Source: Candidatus Methylomirabilis sp.
GTDB taxonomy: Bacteria > Methylomirabilota > Methylomirabilia > Methylomirabilales > Methylomirabilaceae
Assembly (NCBI GenBank): GCA_041498975.1
Contig: JBGQJI010000058.1
Span: 1-13,896 of the forward strand
Reading direction: 5' to 3'
DNA length: 13,896 nt
Of this stretch, positions 8,501-13,896 are shown piece by piece. The notes below the pieces were generated by a model that worked only from the letters and a program-made list of their open reading frames with translations, searched no databases and had not been told where the DNA came from. The translations under genes and the position numbers were made by a program. Each line of letters opens with the position of its first letter. The stretch's first letter is position 1.

Positions 8501-9456
8501 GCGATCGCACAGGCCAGGAGCAGCCAAAGGGCCACGTAGGCGGCTCGTCGCATCGGGGCGGACATGGCCAATCGGATTTGATCCTCCGGGATCCCGCTCA
8601 AGACGCTCCACTGGCGGATCGGGAGCGAGGCACTGGCCCCCACGAGGCGATGCCCCTCTTCATCGGTCCAGGCCAGGAGGCGGGAGTCGATGTCCCACCT
8701 TTTCGGTTCGATTCGCACGTCGGCGCTCGAGGGAAAGACCTCCTCGATCTTTCGGTCCGAAGTGGCCAGCGGCCGCCCCGAAGGGCCCAGCAGAAATGTC
8801 CGCCCTCGTGTCTCCTTCGCCCACAACTCCCCCAGGTGCCGGCTGTACAGGTCGGTCATGTCCAGGGCACCGACCAGGATCGCCTTGAGAACGCCACGGC
8901 GGTCCAGGACGGGGAACGCGAGGAAGACTTCAGGGCGTTGGCTGACCTTTCCCACAAGGGGGGCAGAGAGCTGAGGTTTCCGCGACGCGATGAGATCGCG
9001 GAAGTATTGCCGATCGCTGTAGTCTACTCCCGTTGGGAGCTTCCCAGTCCTCGTCAGATTCACGATGGAGCGGCCCGATGGAGTCATGACCGCTATGTGA
9101 TCGATGGTTCGGGTATCGAGCACCCGGCGGACGTGGTTTTCCAGGATGTCCGGCGCGAGGTGTGGCATCTCCACGATCGAGCCGGAAATGATCTGCAGGT
9201 TGTCGGTGGCGTCGGAGATGAAGAACTCGATCTCGCGAGCCGTGCTGGTGGCCATGGCCTGATAGCGCGCCGCCGCTCCGCTGATTTCCCGGGCCCGAGC
9301 CATAAACGTCTGCGCCAGGCCGAGGATGATCACAGGTCCCGTTGTCAGCAGGATGGAAATGACGGTGAGATGGGTTCGCAGGGAGAGCGGCAGGAGTCGT
9401 GTCAAGCCCCTCGTCTTCGTGTCCGATGCCGCCGCTGGGGGTCTTAAGATCGCCAT
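5575..9456 (-). CDS. Membrane sensor histidine kinase (dCache-HAMP-3xGAF-PAS-HisKA-HATPase_c)
   Basis: Two TM segments flank DYSDRQYFRD (dCache-like). HAMP-like PIVVMERQAKRIASG. Three GAF repeats each ending AIENA/ALENT/TIENT-LY. PAS (IIFTVDLKGKFTYVNP). H-box SHELRTPL, N-box NLLSNAIKFT, G1 DTGIGI, G2 GSGLGL. Start uncertain: ATG 9456 preferred, frame open to 9633. Confidence 0.95.
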   Translation of the reverse strand: MAILRPPAAASDTKTRGLTRLLPLSLRTHLTVISILLTTGPVIILGLAQTFMARAREISGAAARYQAMATSTAREIEFFISDATDNLQIISGSIVEMPHLAPDILENHVRRVLDTRTIDHIAVMTPSGRSIVNLTRTGKLPTGVDYSDRQYFRDLIASRKPQLSAPLVGKVSQRPEVFLAFPVLDRRGVLKAILVGALDMTDLYSRHLGELWAKETRGRTFLLGPSGRPLATSDRKIEEVFPSSADVRIEPKRWDIDSRLLAWTDEEGHRLVGASASLPIRQWSVLSGIPEDQIRLAMSAPMRRAAYVALWLLLACAIASPLVARLMANPIVVMERQAKRIASGALGEQVTLAPYPPRELVELSGTINTMSVQLARRYREASAVGVVAQTVGQSLDLHEILQGSLAAIADVVPLDGALIFLREGDELRVAAHLGLSDEFVRGVDRMRVGEGIAGRVAESGAPLLVEDAWVDPRVSRNVMKKEGLRSLACVPLLSKGHILGVLTIKRRLQRQFDQDEMNMMATIGAEIGLAIENAGLYAQAQARLKEAEALAEISRQLSSSLDPRMVILTIATWAKDLCSSDLSVFASYNPASRVATVTASVGARTDLLRNYTIEPGQGIDGRMLETGEPFVTDDYFHDARISQDCVELAQAEGFVAKLAVPVRVRDRSIGLLWVINRRPIPFTQQHQEALQKLAAHAAIALENTRLYQEAQDRLRETETLLAVSQALTTTLNLQEALRRGARELARALHADTTGAYLISPEGTELRPFSGYHLPKKKLAYLRATPIPLGWNRFFEEGFIARRAIFSPDTQLDPRFNETIKLFSIRAVVMVPFFARNEILGSLFAIWWEQPHSPTPREVELADGIGRQLALTIENTRLYQETLDRAAALAESEDRYRRLAEGATDIIFTVDLKGKFTYVNPRIQEVLGYRPEELLGRPSIAYVAPKDQDIVRAVFARALRGESAFDVFEIDAITRDGSTVPLELGSSTIYDAEGRIIGRQGIARELTDRRRLEEEVRERKRLEEISHFKSQFLANMSHELRTPLHSVIGFSEVLRDGRSGPLTEKQAKFVGNILVSGRHLLTLIDDILDLAKIEAGKMRLQPAPFELQGALEEVCGVIQHQVGAKQQSLRLDVDPAVGVCVADRRRVHQIMLNLLSNAIKFTPDGGRITVTARRVRSSEFGVQSSEGGSGGAQPGTWNLTLGTSDTGDFVEIAVADTGIGISPNHLPRLFHEFEQLEPLYTKQHQGSGLGLALCRHLVGLHGGRIWASSEGEGRGSTFTFTLPTAGPLEGSSDA
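5845..5937. repeat. Heptamer tandem-repeat, imperfect inverted-repeat element inside the HATPase coding region
   Basis: 5903-5937 = TCCGAAC TCTGAAC TCCGAAC TCTGAAC TCCGAAC. 5845-5879 = five degenerate GT-initiated heptamers in the opposite sense (GTCCGAT GTGCCAA GTGTCAG GTTCCAC GTTCCAG). Confidence 0.8.
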
Positions 9457-9738
9457 AGCGGGTACCCTGTCACGGACGGTTGCCGCCCGCACTGGGGCTG
9501 ACAGATTTGCTGACGATGCTGTCCGTGGCGTTGGGACCGTCCAGCAAAAAGATACGCCCTCCGAGACGGTTCTTGATTCTCGCAGGGCAAGCTTCAGACC
9601 CTTCCATTGCGCACCCTTTTTCCCACGGCTCATGCGCCTTCAGAACGGCTTCGGCCTGAAGGGGAATTTAGGCTATCACAGGCGTGCGAGAAGGCAAGAA
9701 AAAAGCGTGGAGGACCGAAGCTCGTAGGCCATTTCGGC

Positions 9739-9766
9739 TTGACACCCCGTCTCCATACGGTATACT
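9739..9766 (+). promoter_or_regulatory. sigma70 promoter of tRNA-Val
   Basis: TTGACA-16 nt-TATACT, ending 47 nt upstream of the tRNA. Confidence 0.8.
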
Positions 9767-9813
9767 GAACGCCGGCTTCTTCCGTCCGTCATCCGGCCAA
9801 GACAGTCTCAGAC

Positions 9814-9888
9814 GGGCGAATAGCTCAGCGGGAGAGCACCTGCCTTACAAGCAGGGGGTCGGAGGTTCGACACCTCCTTCGCCCACCA
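9814..9888 (+). tRNA. tRNA-Val (anticodon TAC)
   Basis: Acceptor GGGCGAA/TTCGCCC, anticodon arm CCTGC-CTTACAA-GCAGG, T-arm GGAGG-TTCGACA-CCTCC, encoded CCA. Confidence 0.98.
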
Positions 9889-9935
9889 CTTGTTTCACAC
9901 ACCTACCCCACCGTTGCTCCGCCCAGCATTTCCCC

Positions 9936-9958
9936 GGTGCTAGTCGTGGTGCCAGTTG
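9936..9958 (+). repeat. Tandem GGTGCYAGT repeat, probable integrase arm-type sites (left end)
   Basis: GGTGCTAGT-cgt-GGTGCCAGT-tg; 21/23 identical to 12792-12814. Confidence 0.75.
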
Positions 9959-9989
9959 GTCCTGGAATCAGGCCGGTCGGAATGGTATG

Positions 9990-10259
9990 TCAGGCCGTCA
10001 ACCGCTCTAGTGCCTCCCTCCGGTGTCCAGGGCTCAGGTGCGAGTATCGAGCCGCCATGGAGGCCAAGCCGCGCTTTGGTGGCTTCAACATCGGGCAGAA
10101 CTTCTCCCCTTTCGAGCGGACCCGGATCTTCCGCTTCTCGTGCTCCGCCTTCGCGAGTCCTTTGGGCCCGATCTTCTCCCGGTAAATGCGGCCGTAGGTG
10201 CCGGCTCATCGTCTCCACCATATCCTGGAGCCTTGCGGTCGTTCACACACCCCTCTCAC
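9990..10259 (-). pseudogene. Internally deleted tyrosine integrase
   Basis: Frame not in the ORF track: VRGVCERPQGSRIWWRR*AGTYGRIYREKIGPKGLAKAEHEKRKIRVRSKGEKFCPMLKPPKRGLASMAARYSHLSPGHRREALERLTA*. An arm-binding-like N-terminus is joined to the C-terminal M..RYSHLS catalytic-Tyr motif. Internal TGA at 10206-10208. GTG start overlaps the stop of the HTH gene (GTGA). Confidence 0.8.
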
Positions 10260-10510
10260 TTTTCCGTTCGCTTTCGCCATCCCTCCCTTCTCGCCCGCTT
10301 CCGTGCGGGCTTCCCTTCCCCGATCAACTCCGCCACCGTTGCATGAAGAGCCTTCGCCAGCTTCTGCAGGGTGCCCAGCCGGGGATCCGTCTCTCCGCGC
10401 TCCAGCCGAAAGAGGGCCACGTAACTCATGCCGACCTTATCGGCCAATGTGCGGAGAGAGTATCCCTTCGCCTCTCGAATCTTGGTCAGCATCGGCAGCC
10501 CGCGAGTCAT
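10256..10510 (-). CDS. XRE/Cro-CI family helix-turn-helix regulator
   Basis: LTKIREAKGYSLRTLADKVGMSYVALFRLERGETDPRLGTLQKLAKALHATVAELI, a classic HTH_3 pattern. Confidence 0.92.
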   Translation of the reverse strand: MTRGLPMLTKIREAKGYSLRTLADKVGMSYVALFRLERGETDPRLGTLQKLAKALHATVAELIGEGKPARKRARREGWRKRTEK

Positions 10511-10520
10511 GTTACTCTAA

Positions 10521-10548
10521 AATATAACTTGAGCATTCCCAATGTCAA
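10521..10548 (-). promoter_or_regulatory. sigma70 promoter for xre-int, near-leaderless
   Basis: Minus strand TTGACA-16 nt-TATATT, only 10 nt before ATG 10510; no Shine-Dalgarno. Confidence 0.7.
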
Positions 10549-10795
10549 GAGGACAATGAAGGCTTGTGGTGATTGTCGGAAGCCCTCCCTCTCCCTGAAG
10601 ATCTCCGTAGGCCTGAGAGCCCGTCATGCCCGCAGGGCTACCCCACAGGTGCTCTGACCCCTCCAGCAGTCTGAGCCTTGGGTGCGAAGCTTCGTCACTT
10701 GATGGGTACTCTTTACACACTCGCCACCTGTGGCTACAGACCCTAGGCGCCGGCTCCATCCTTAGAAACCGAGCCCTTAGCTATGCGGGCAGTGA

Positions 10796-10811
10796 TGGCA
10801 TGGCGGATGCA
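10796..10811 (+). promoter_or_regulatory. Possible sigma54 (-24/-12) promoter
   Basis: TGGCAT-GGCGG-ATGCA has GG and GC at the correct spacing, ~210 nt upstream of ATG 11021. Confidence 0.3.
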
Positions 10812-11020
10812 CCACGTTCCCTATACCATGTTCGGGGACTTCTCTGACATCCTGCTTGAGGGGGGGGCGAAGCAGACACGCAGTGGAGTAAACATGGTGC
10901 CAAACCTCCACTGCTGAAGCTATACGAAGCGAGAAAGTCGGGAAAGGGGGGAAACGCGCTCTGAACGTCACTGGGTTATCTTTGAGTCATTGCTACACGA
11001 TGCCGGAAGGGAGAAGGACC

Positions 11021-11632
11021 ATGACGAAGATTCGGGTAGGTGCGCTGACCATGTTGGCTACACTCTTGCTGCTGGCCCTGCCGATGGGTGCACAAGCCAA
11101 ACAGGGAGGGCAAGGCGATGACAACGGTAACGGTCCGTTTTCGGCTCAGGATCTGAGGGGGACGTTCACGTTCCGCCTGGTCCCCGCGAAAAGCTTCTCA
11201 GCGGACGCCCCCGGCGACCCCGGCGGCATCGCGGGTGCCCCCCGGCAGGACATTCTGCGGGTGGGTTCCTTCACGGCGGATGGCGCGGGCAACATCACGT
11301 CAGGGCACACGCTGGCAACGACCGACACCAACGCCGGGGCGACCGAGCTAATCGACTTCACGTGGACCGGGACCTACACAGTGAATGCCGATGGGACCGG
11401 CACCTTGAAAATCACCGATCCGGGGTTGGGAGCCCAAACCTGCACGGATACGACCGCTGTGAGCCCGTCACCTTTGCCGTGCGTTTCAGACGATGAGGGT
11501 GCCGAGACCTACGCGATCGTGATCAACCGACACGGGGACGACAAGACTGTTGACATGATCCAGACCGACAACGAGGGTGGTGGCGCCAAGATCTTCCTGA
11601 CGGGTCAGGCGAGGAAGCAAGGCGGGCACTAG
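11021..11632 (+). CDS. Secreted hypothetical beta-rich protein (203 aa)
   Basis: Purine-rich RBS (AGGGAGAAGGA) before ATG 11021, signal peptide ending AQA, beta-strand patterns (LRGTFTFRL, GSFTADGAGNI, TGTYTVNADGTGTL), one Cys pair, terminator downstream. Confidence 0.85.
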   Translation: MTKIRVGALTMLATLLLLALPMGAQAKQGGQGDDNGNGPFSAQDLRGTFTFRLVPAKSFSADAPGDPGGIAGAPRQDILRVGSFTADGAGNITSGHTLATTDTNAGATELIDFTWTGTYTVNADGTGTLKITDPGLGAQTCTDTTAVSPSPLPCVSDDEGAETYAIVINRHGDDKTVDMIQTDNEGGGAKIFLTGQARKQGGH

Positions 11633-11662
11633 CAGTCGCGTTTACCCTTCGCCACGTTTGCT

Positions 11663-11700
11663 AGGGGGGGGGCACCCACTCGGTGCCCCCTTTCCTTTCT
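11663..11700 (+). terminator. Rho-independent terminator
   Basis: GGGGGCACC-cactc-GGTGCCCCC followed by TTTCCTTTCT. Confidence 0.75.
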
Positions 11701-11908
11701 GAAGGCTGGACCGGCGAAGTGGCGGCTTGACCGCTTCCTCGACCCGGACCCGTTCCAATTCCTCGGTTCGCTTCACGCCCTATTTCCTTTCCTCATCCGC
11801 TCGCTCAGGACCTCTGGGTGCAAAGGTCGAATCATCGCCATAATGGCTCCACGGTTCTTCCTCGCGCTCTTCTCCCTCTTATCCTTGCGCCCTCGTCGGC
11901 TGGGCTCC

Positions 11909-11937
11909 TTGACGCCGAAGACGGCAAGTGATAAGAA
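11909..11937 (+). promoter_or_regulatory. Candidate sigma70 promoter for the OB-fold gene
   Basis: TTGACG-17 nt-TAAGAA with a TG extended -10; lacks the -7 T. Confidence 0.4.
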
Positions 11938-12001
11938 GGAATCCGCAGACTGCGTCTACGGCATTCGGAGCGGTACAAGCGGCGGTAAAGGAGGGACAAA
12001 A

Positions 12002-12403
12002 ATGGAAGAGATTGGGAGAACGAATCCCCGTTGGCGAGTGCCCTATGCCGTCTTCACCCTGGTTTCACTTCTCACGGTAGGAGTGCTGTCCCCGCTCAGG
12101 GCTGCCGAGGTCTCGATTCAGGCGATCCTCGGGGAGCCGGACAAGTTCGATCAGCAGACGGTCACCGTGAGAGGGCGGGCCAGGAACATCTACCGGGGCC
12201 AGACCGCCCGCACCACCTTTGCGGTCTTTGCGCTCACCGATGCCTCAGGGGCCAAGTTGCGCGTGTTCGTGCTGGGCCACCTCGAAATCCCATCAGATGA
12301 CGAAATCGAAGTGACCGGGGTCTTTCAAAAGGTGAGGCGGGGAGAGCGAGACATCTTCCACAATGAACTGGATGCCACCTCCATCAAGAAAGCGGCCCCA
12401 TAA
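12002..12403 (+). CDS. Exported OB-fold-like protein (133 aa)
   Basis: GAGGGA RBS before ATG 12002, hydrophobic signal ending LRA-A, and PDKFDQQTVTVRG...FALTDASGAKLRVF...DEIEVTGVF...ELDA, a pattern typical of OB-fold strands. Confidence 0.8.
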   Translation: MEEIGRTNPRWRVPYAVFTLVSLLTVGVLSPLRAAEVSIQAILGEPDKFDQQTVTVRGRARNIYRGQTARTTFAVFALTDASGAKLRVFVLGHLEIPSDDEIEVTGVFQKVRRGERDIFHNELDATSIKKAAP

Positions 12404-12440
12404 CTCCCCTCCTCCGGCAGGCATTTCAGAGAGCGCGGCC

Positions 12441-12536
12441 ATGTGCGGGCGGCTCTCCATCTGTCAGGTCCACCCGATCACCGAATTTCACGGCTGCATG
12501 ACGGCCATCAAGAGGTATATGACCCCACGAAGGTGA
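12441..12536 (+). pseudogene. Possible collapsed remnant of an SRAP (YedK/HMCES-family) gene
   Basis: MCGRLSICQVHPITEFHGCMTAIKRYMTPRR*: an MCGR start plus HGCMTAI, three single-base changes away from HDRMPAI. Confidence 0.3.
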
Positions 12537-12791
12537 AGGAATTACGGTGGAAGAGTAGCCCTGTACAGCGCTCAGTAACCCCTAGACGCACGATCCGTCA
12601 CGCTCACCACCTCAAATACATGGCCCCTCCTTCTATCGCTCATCCGTGATCCTTTCCTGGCATCAATACTGGAACGGGTCTGGAATACGTAGGCTGTCAA
12701 TTTGGAAACCGCTACAAGGATCAGCTAGAATGTGGGCTTGTCTCCCGTTCTCTTGTGGGGGGTCCCCCCCCGGATCGTGTCTCTGTGACTT

Positions 12792-12814
12792 GGTGCTAGT
12801 CCTGGTGCTAGTTG
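12792..12814 (+). repeat. Tandem GGTGCTAGT repeat, probable integrase arm-type sites (right end)
   Basis: GGTGCTAGT-cct-GGTGCTAGT-tg, 118 nt before attR. Confidence 0.75.
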
Positions 12815-12815
12815 C

Positions 12816-12844
12816 TTGTCAAAATGGAGAGCATATGGTATAAG
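12816..12844 (+). promoter_or_regulatory. Candidate outward-facing sigma70 promoter at the island right end
   Basis: TTGTCA-17 nt-TATAAG with a TG extended -10 at 12836-12837. Confidence 0.5.
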
Positions 12845-12932
12845 AGCATCGCACTCATCCTCCCAGGCGAAGTGGTTGTCACGCCTGGGAGAATCGCTGC
12901 CGACGCTGCTTCGCTCGATTTCGGTGGGCGCA

Positions 12933-12974
12933 CTTACAAGCAGGAGGTCGGAGGTTCGACACCTCCTTCGCCCA
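12933..12974 (+). repeat. attR: displaced 3' half of tRNA-Val
   Basis: CTTACAAGCAGGAGGTCGGAGGTTCGACACCTCCTTCGCCCA; no 5' half of a tRNA precedes it. Confidence 0.95.
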
Positions 12975-13038
12975 TTTCCGGCGCGCCGGAGTAGGTCGTT
13001 ATTGCGTCCGCAGCACGTGGGGTGCGCGCCACCAAGGG

Positions 13039-13105
13039 GGGGTCGTAGTTCAGTCGGTTAGAACGCCCCGCCCGAGCGGGAAGGTCGCGGGGCCCAGCCC
13101 CAGGC
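13039..13105 (+). pseudogene. tRNA-Asp-derived pseudo-tRNA or tRNA-like element
   Basis: First 29 nt identical to the tRNA-Asp 5' end and AGGTCGCGGG retained. Anticodon loop, TTC motif and acceptor 3' strand are lost. Confidence 0.75.
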
Positions 13106-13123
13106 AGGGCGCCGCGTGACCGT

Positions 13124-13200
13124 GGGGTCGTAGTTCAGTCGGTTAGAACGCCGGCCTGTCAAGCCGGAGGTCGCGGGTTCGAGTCCCGTCGGCCCCGCCA
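13124..13200 (+). tRNA. tRNA-Asp (anticodon GTC)
   Basis: Acceptor GGGGTCG/CGGCCCC, anticodon arm CCGGC-CTGTCAA-GCCGG, T-arm GCGGG-TTCGAGT-CCCGT, encoded CCA. Confidence 0.98.
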
Positions 13201-13240
13201 CTCACTTTTGCGTTGGCTCAGCAGAGCTTAAAAGCAATTC

Positions 13241-13271
13241 AGGCCCCGTTTGTCGCGGGGCCTTTTCCTTT
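13241..13271 (+). terminator. Rho-independent terminator after tRNA-Asp
   Basis: AGGCCCCG-tttgtcg-CGGGGCCT followed by TTTCCTTT. Confidence 0.75.
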
Positions 13272-13292
13272 CAAGGACTATCCAAGGACTAT
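13272..13292 (+). repeat. Tandem CAAGGACTAT repeat, probable arm-type sites of a second element
   Basis: CAAGGACTAT-c-CAAGGACTAT between tRNA-Asp and the integrase remnant stop. Confidence 0.6.
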
Positions 13293-13294
13293 TT

Positions 13295-13540
13295 TTAATC
13301 CTCGTTGATCGAATTTTGTCGGCTTCGGGCTTTGAGGTGCGCGGCTCCATCCTGCCGGGATCGGTTACGAATGGAAGCGCCGTAGCGCTCAAAGAGCATC
13401 CGGGTGGTCGTATGTCCCATCACCCGGGCAATCCGCGTCGGATCTTCGCCAGCCTGGAGCATCAACCAAGAGCAGCCCCCTTCCCTGCGTATTCCGATCC
13501 AAATGGGCCATGGATTCCGGTCGAAAACCGCCAGGAATCC
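13295..13540 (-). pseudogene. C-terminal remnant of a second tyrosine integrase
   Basis: LMLQAGEDPTRIARVMGHTTTRMLFERYG matches the box II GH...Y motif. The preceding HxxR/RHT motif is absent. The upstream boundary is approximate. Confidence 0.85.
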
Positions 13541-13896
13541 CTGTCGTAAGCCCGCCAGCGATTCCGGTGGGCGGCCGCCACTTGCATCGCGCAACCAAGA
13601 TCTAGGTCCAGGACGCCTACGTTCCTGCATTCTCGGTAGGTGTTCAAATAGATGTGATCCGGAATATACCAGGAGCAAGCCCCCAAGGTTGGGGGGATGT
13701 AGAGGGCCGTGTCTAGTGCGCGAAACTCAAGATTTCTGGGGTGTAATCTATACAATATGGTTGATAAGAAGGTGCCTTTAACGGCTGCTGGGCTGGCTCA
13801 GTGAGGCGTACTTCTTGTCTCGCCCGAAGCGGTCAACAGTCGAGAGCTTGCCGCACCCGTTCGAAGGTCGCGAGGTCCTCGAAACGATAGCGTCAC

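Larger units (their letters stand above)
9844..12974. mobile_element. 3.1-kb decayed genomic island integrated in tRNA-Val (attL 9844-9885, attR 12933-12974)
   Basis: 42-bp direct repeat of the tRNA 3' half with 1 mismatch, beginning exactly at the anticodon loop CTTACAA. Integrase remnant next to attL and matching tandem repeats inside both ends. Confidence 0.92.

Noticed and set aside
4672..9727. Plus-strand ORFs opposite the regulators and kinase (e.g. 8578-9447, 6856-7533)
   Set aside because: Antisense shadows of well-supported genes.
10206..10208. TGA in the mini-integrase as selenocysteine or recoding
   Set aside because: Not a plausible Cys/redox position, other genes here use TGA as stop, and the gene is otherwise degenerate.
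9940..10221. 93-aa minus-strand ORF from the track
   Set aside because: Wrong frame; the integrase motifs are in the neighbouring frame 9990-10259.
10888..10903. Minus-strand sigma54-like TGGCAC-CATGT-TTACT
   Set aside because: Lacks the near-invariant GC at -12.
11642..11776. 44-aa minus-strand ORF (VKRTEELERVRVEEAVKPP...) with a purine-rich upstream
   Set aside because: Runs through the terminator hairpin, has no motif, and cannot be supported.
11843..12001. Longer start for the OB-fold ORF
   Set aside because: RBS, signal peptide and candidate promoter all favour ATG 12002.
13039..13152. 29-nt direct repeat read as a CRISPR repeat-spacer unit
   Set aside because: Only two copies, one of which is the tRNA-Asp 5' end; no cas genes in the window.
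13680..13896. Short hairpin, TGTA-N5-TACA dyad and short frames at the right edge
   Set aside because: Too short and truncated by the window to support any call.

Overview
GC-rich bacterial window in two parts. Left (1-9633, all minus strand): a large sensor histidine kinase (TM-dCache-TM-HAMP-3xGAF-PAS-HisKA-HATPase), a single-domain CheY/DivK-like receiver, an AraC-type response regulator with Glu at the phosphoacceptor position, then a >1398-aa signal-peptide-bearing Rhs/YD protein. That last gene is missing from the ORF track because it runs off the window; its order is beta-propeller, Ig-like domains, carboxypeptidase-regulatory-like, ZU5-like, DUF6531-like, YD repeats. Right (9739-13896): a tRNA-Val(TAC)/tRNA-Asp(GTC) locus split by a 3.1-kb island. 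The island has a 42-bp att duplication, paired arm-type repeats, an XRE HTH gene coupled to an internally deleted tyrosine integrase, two intact secreted-protein genes and a possible SRAP remnant. After it come a tRNA-Asp-derived structured pseudo-copy, the intact tRNA-Asp, and the start of a second decayed integrative element. All domain and family calls come from reading motifs by eye; no searches were run.
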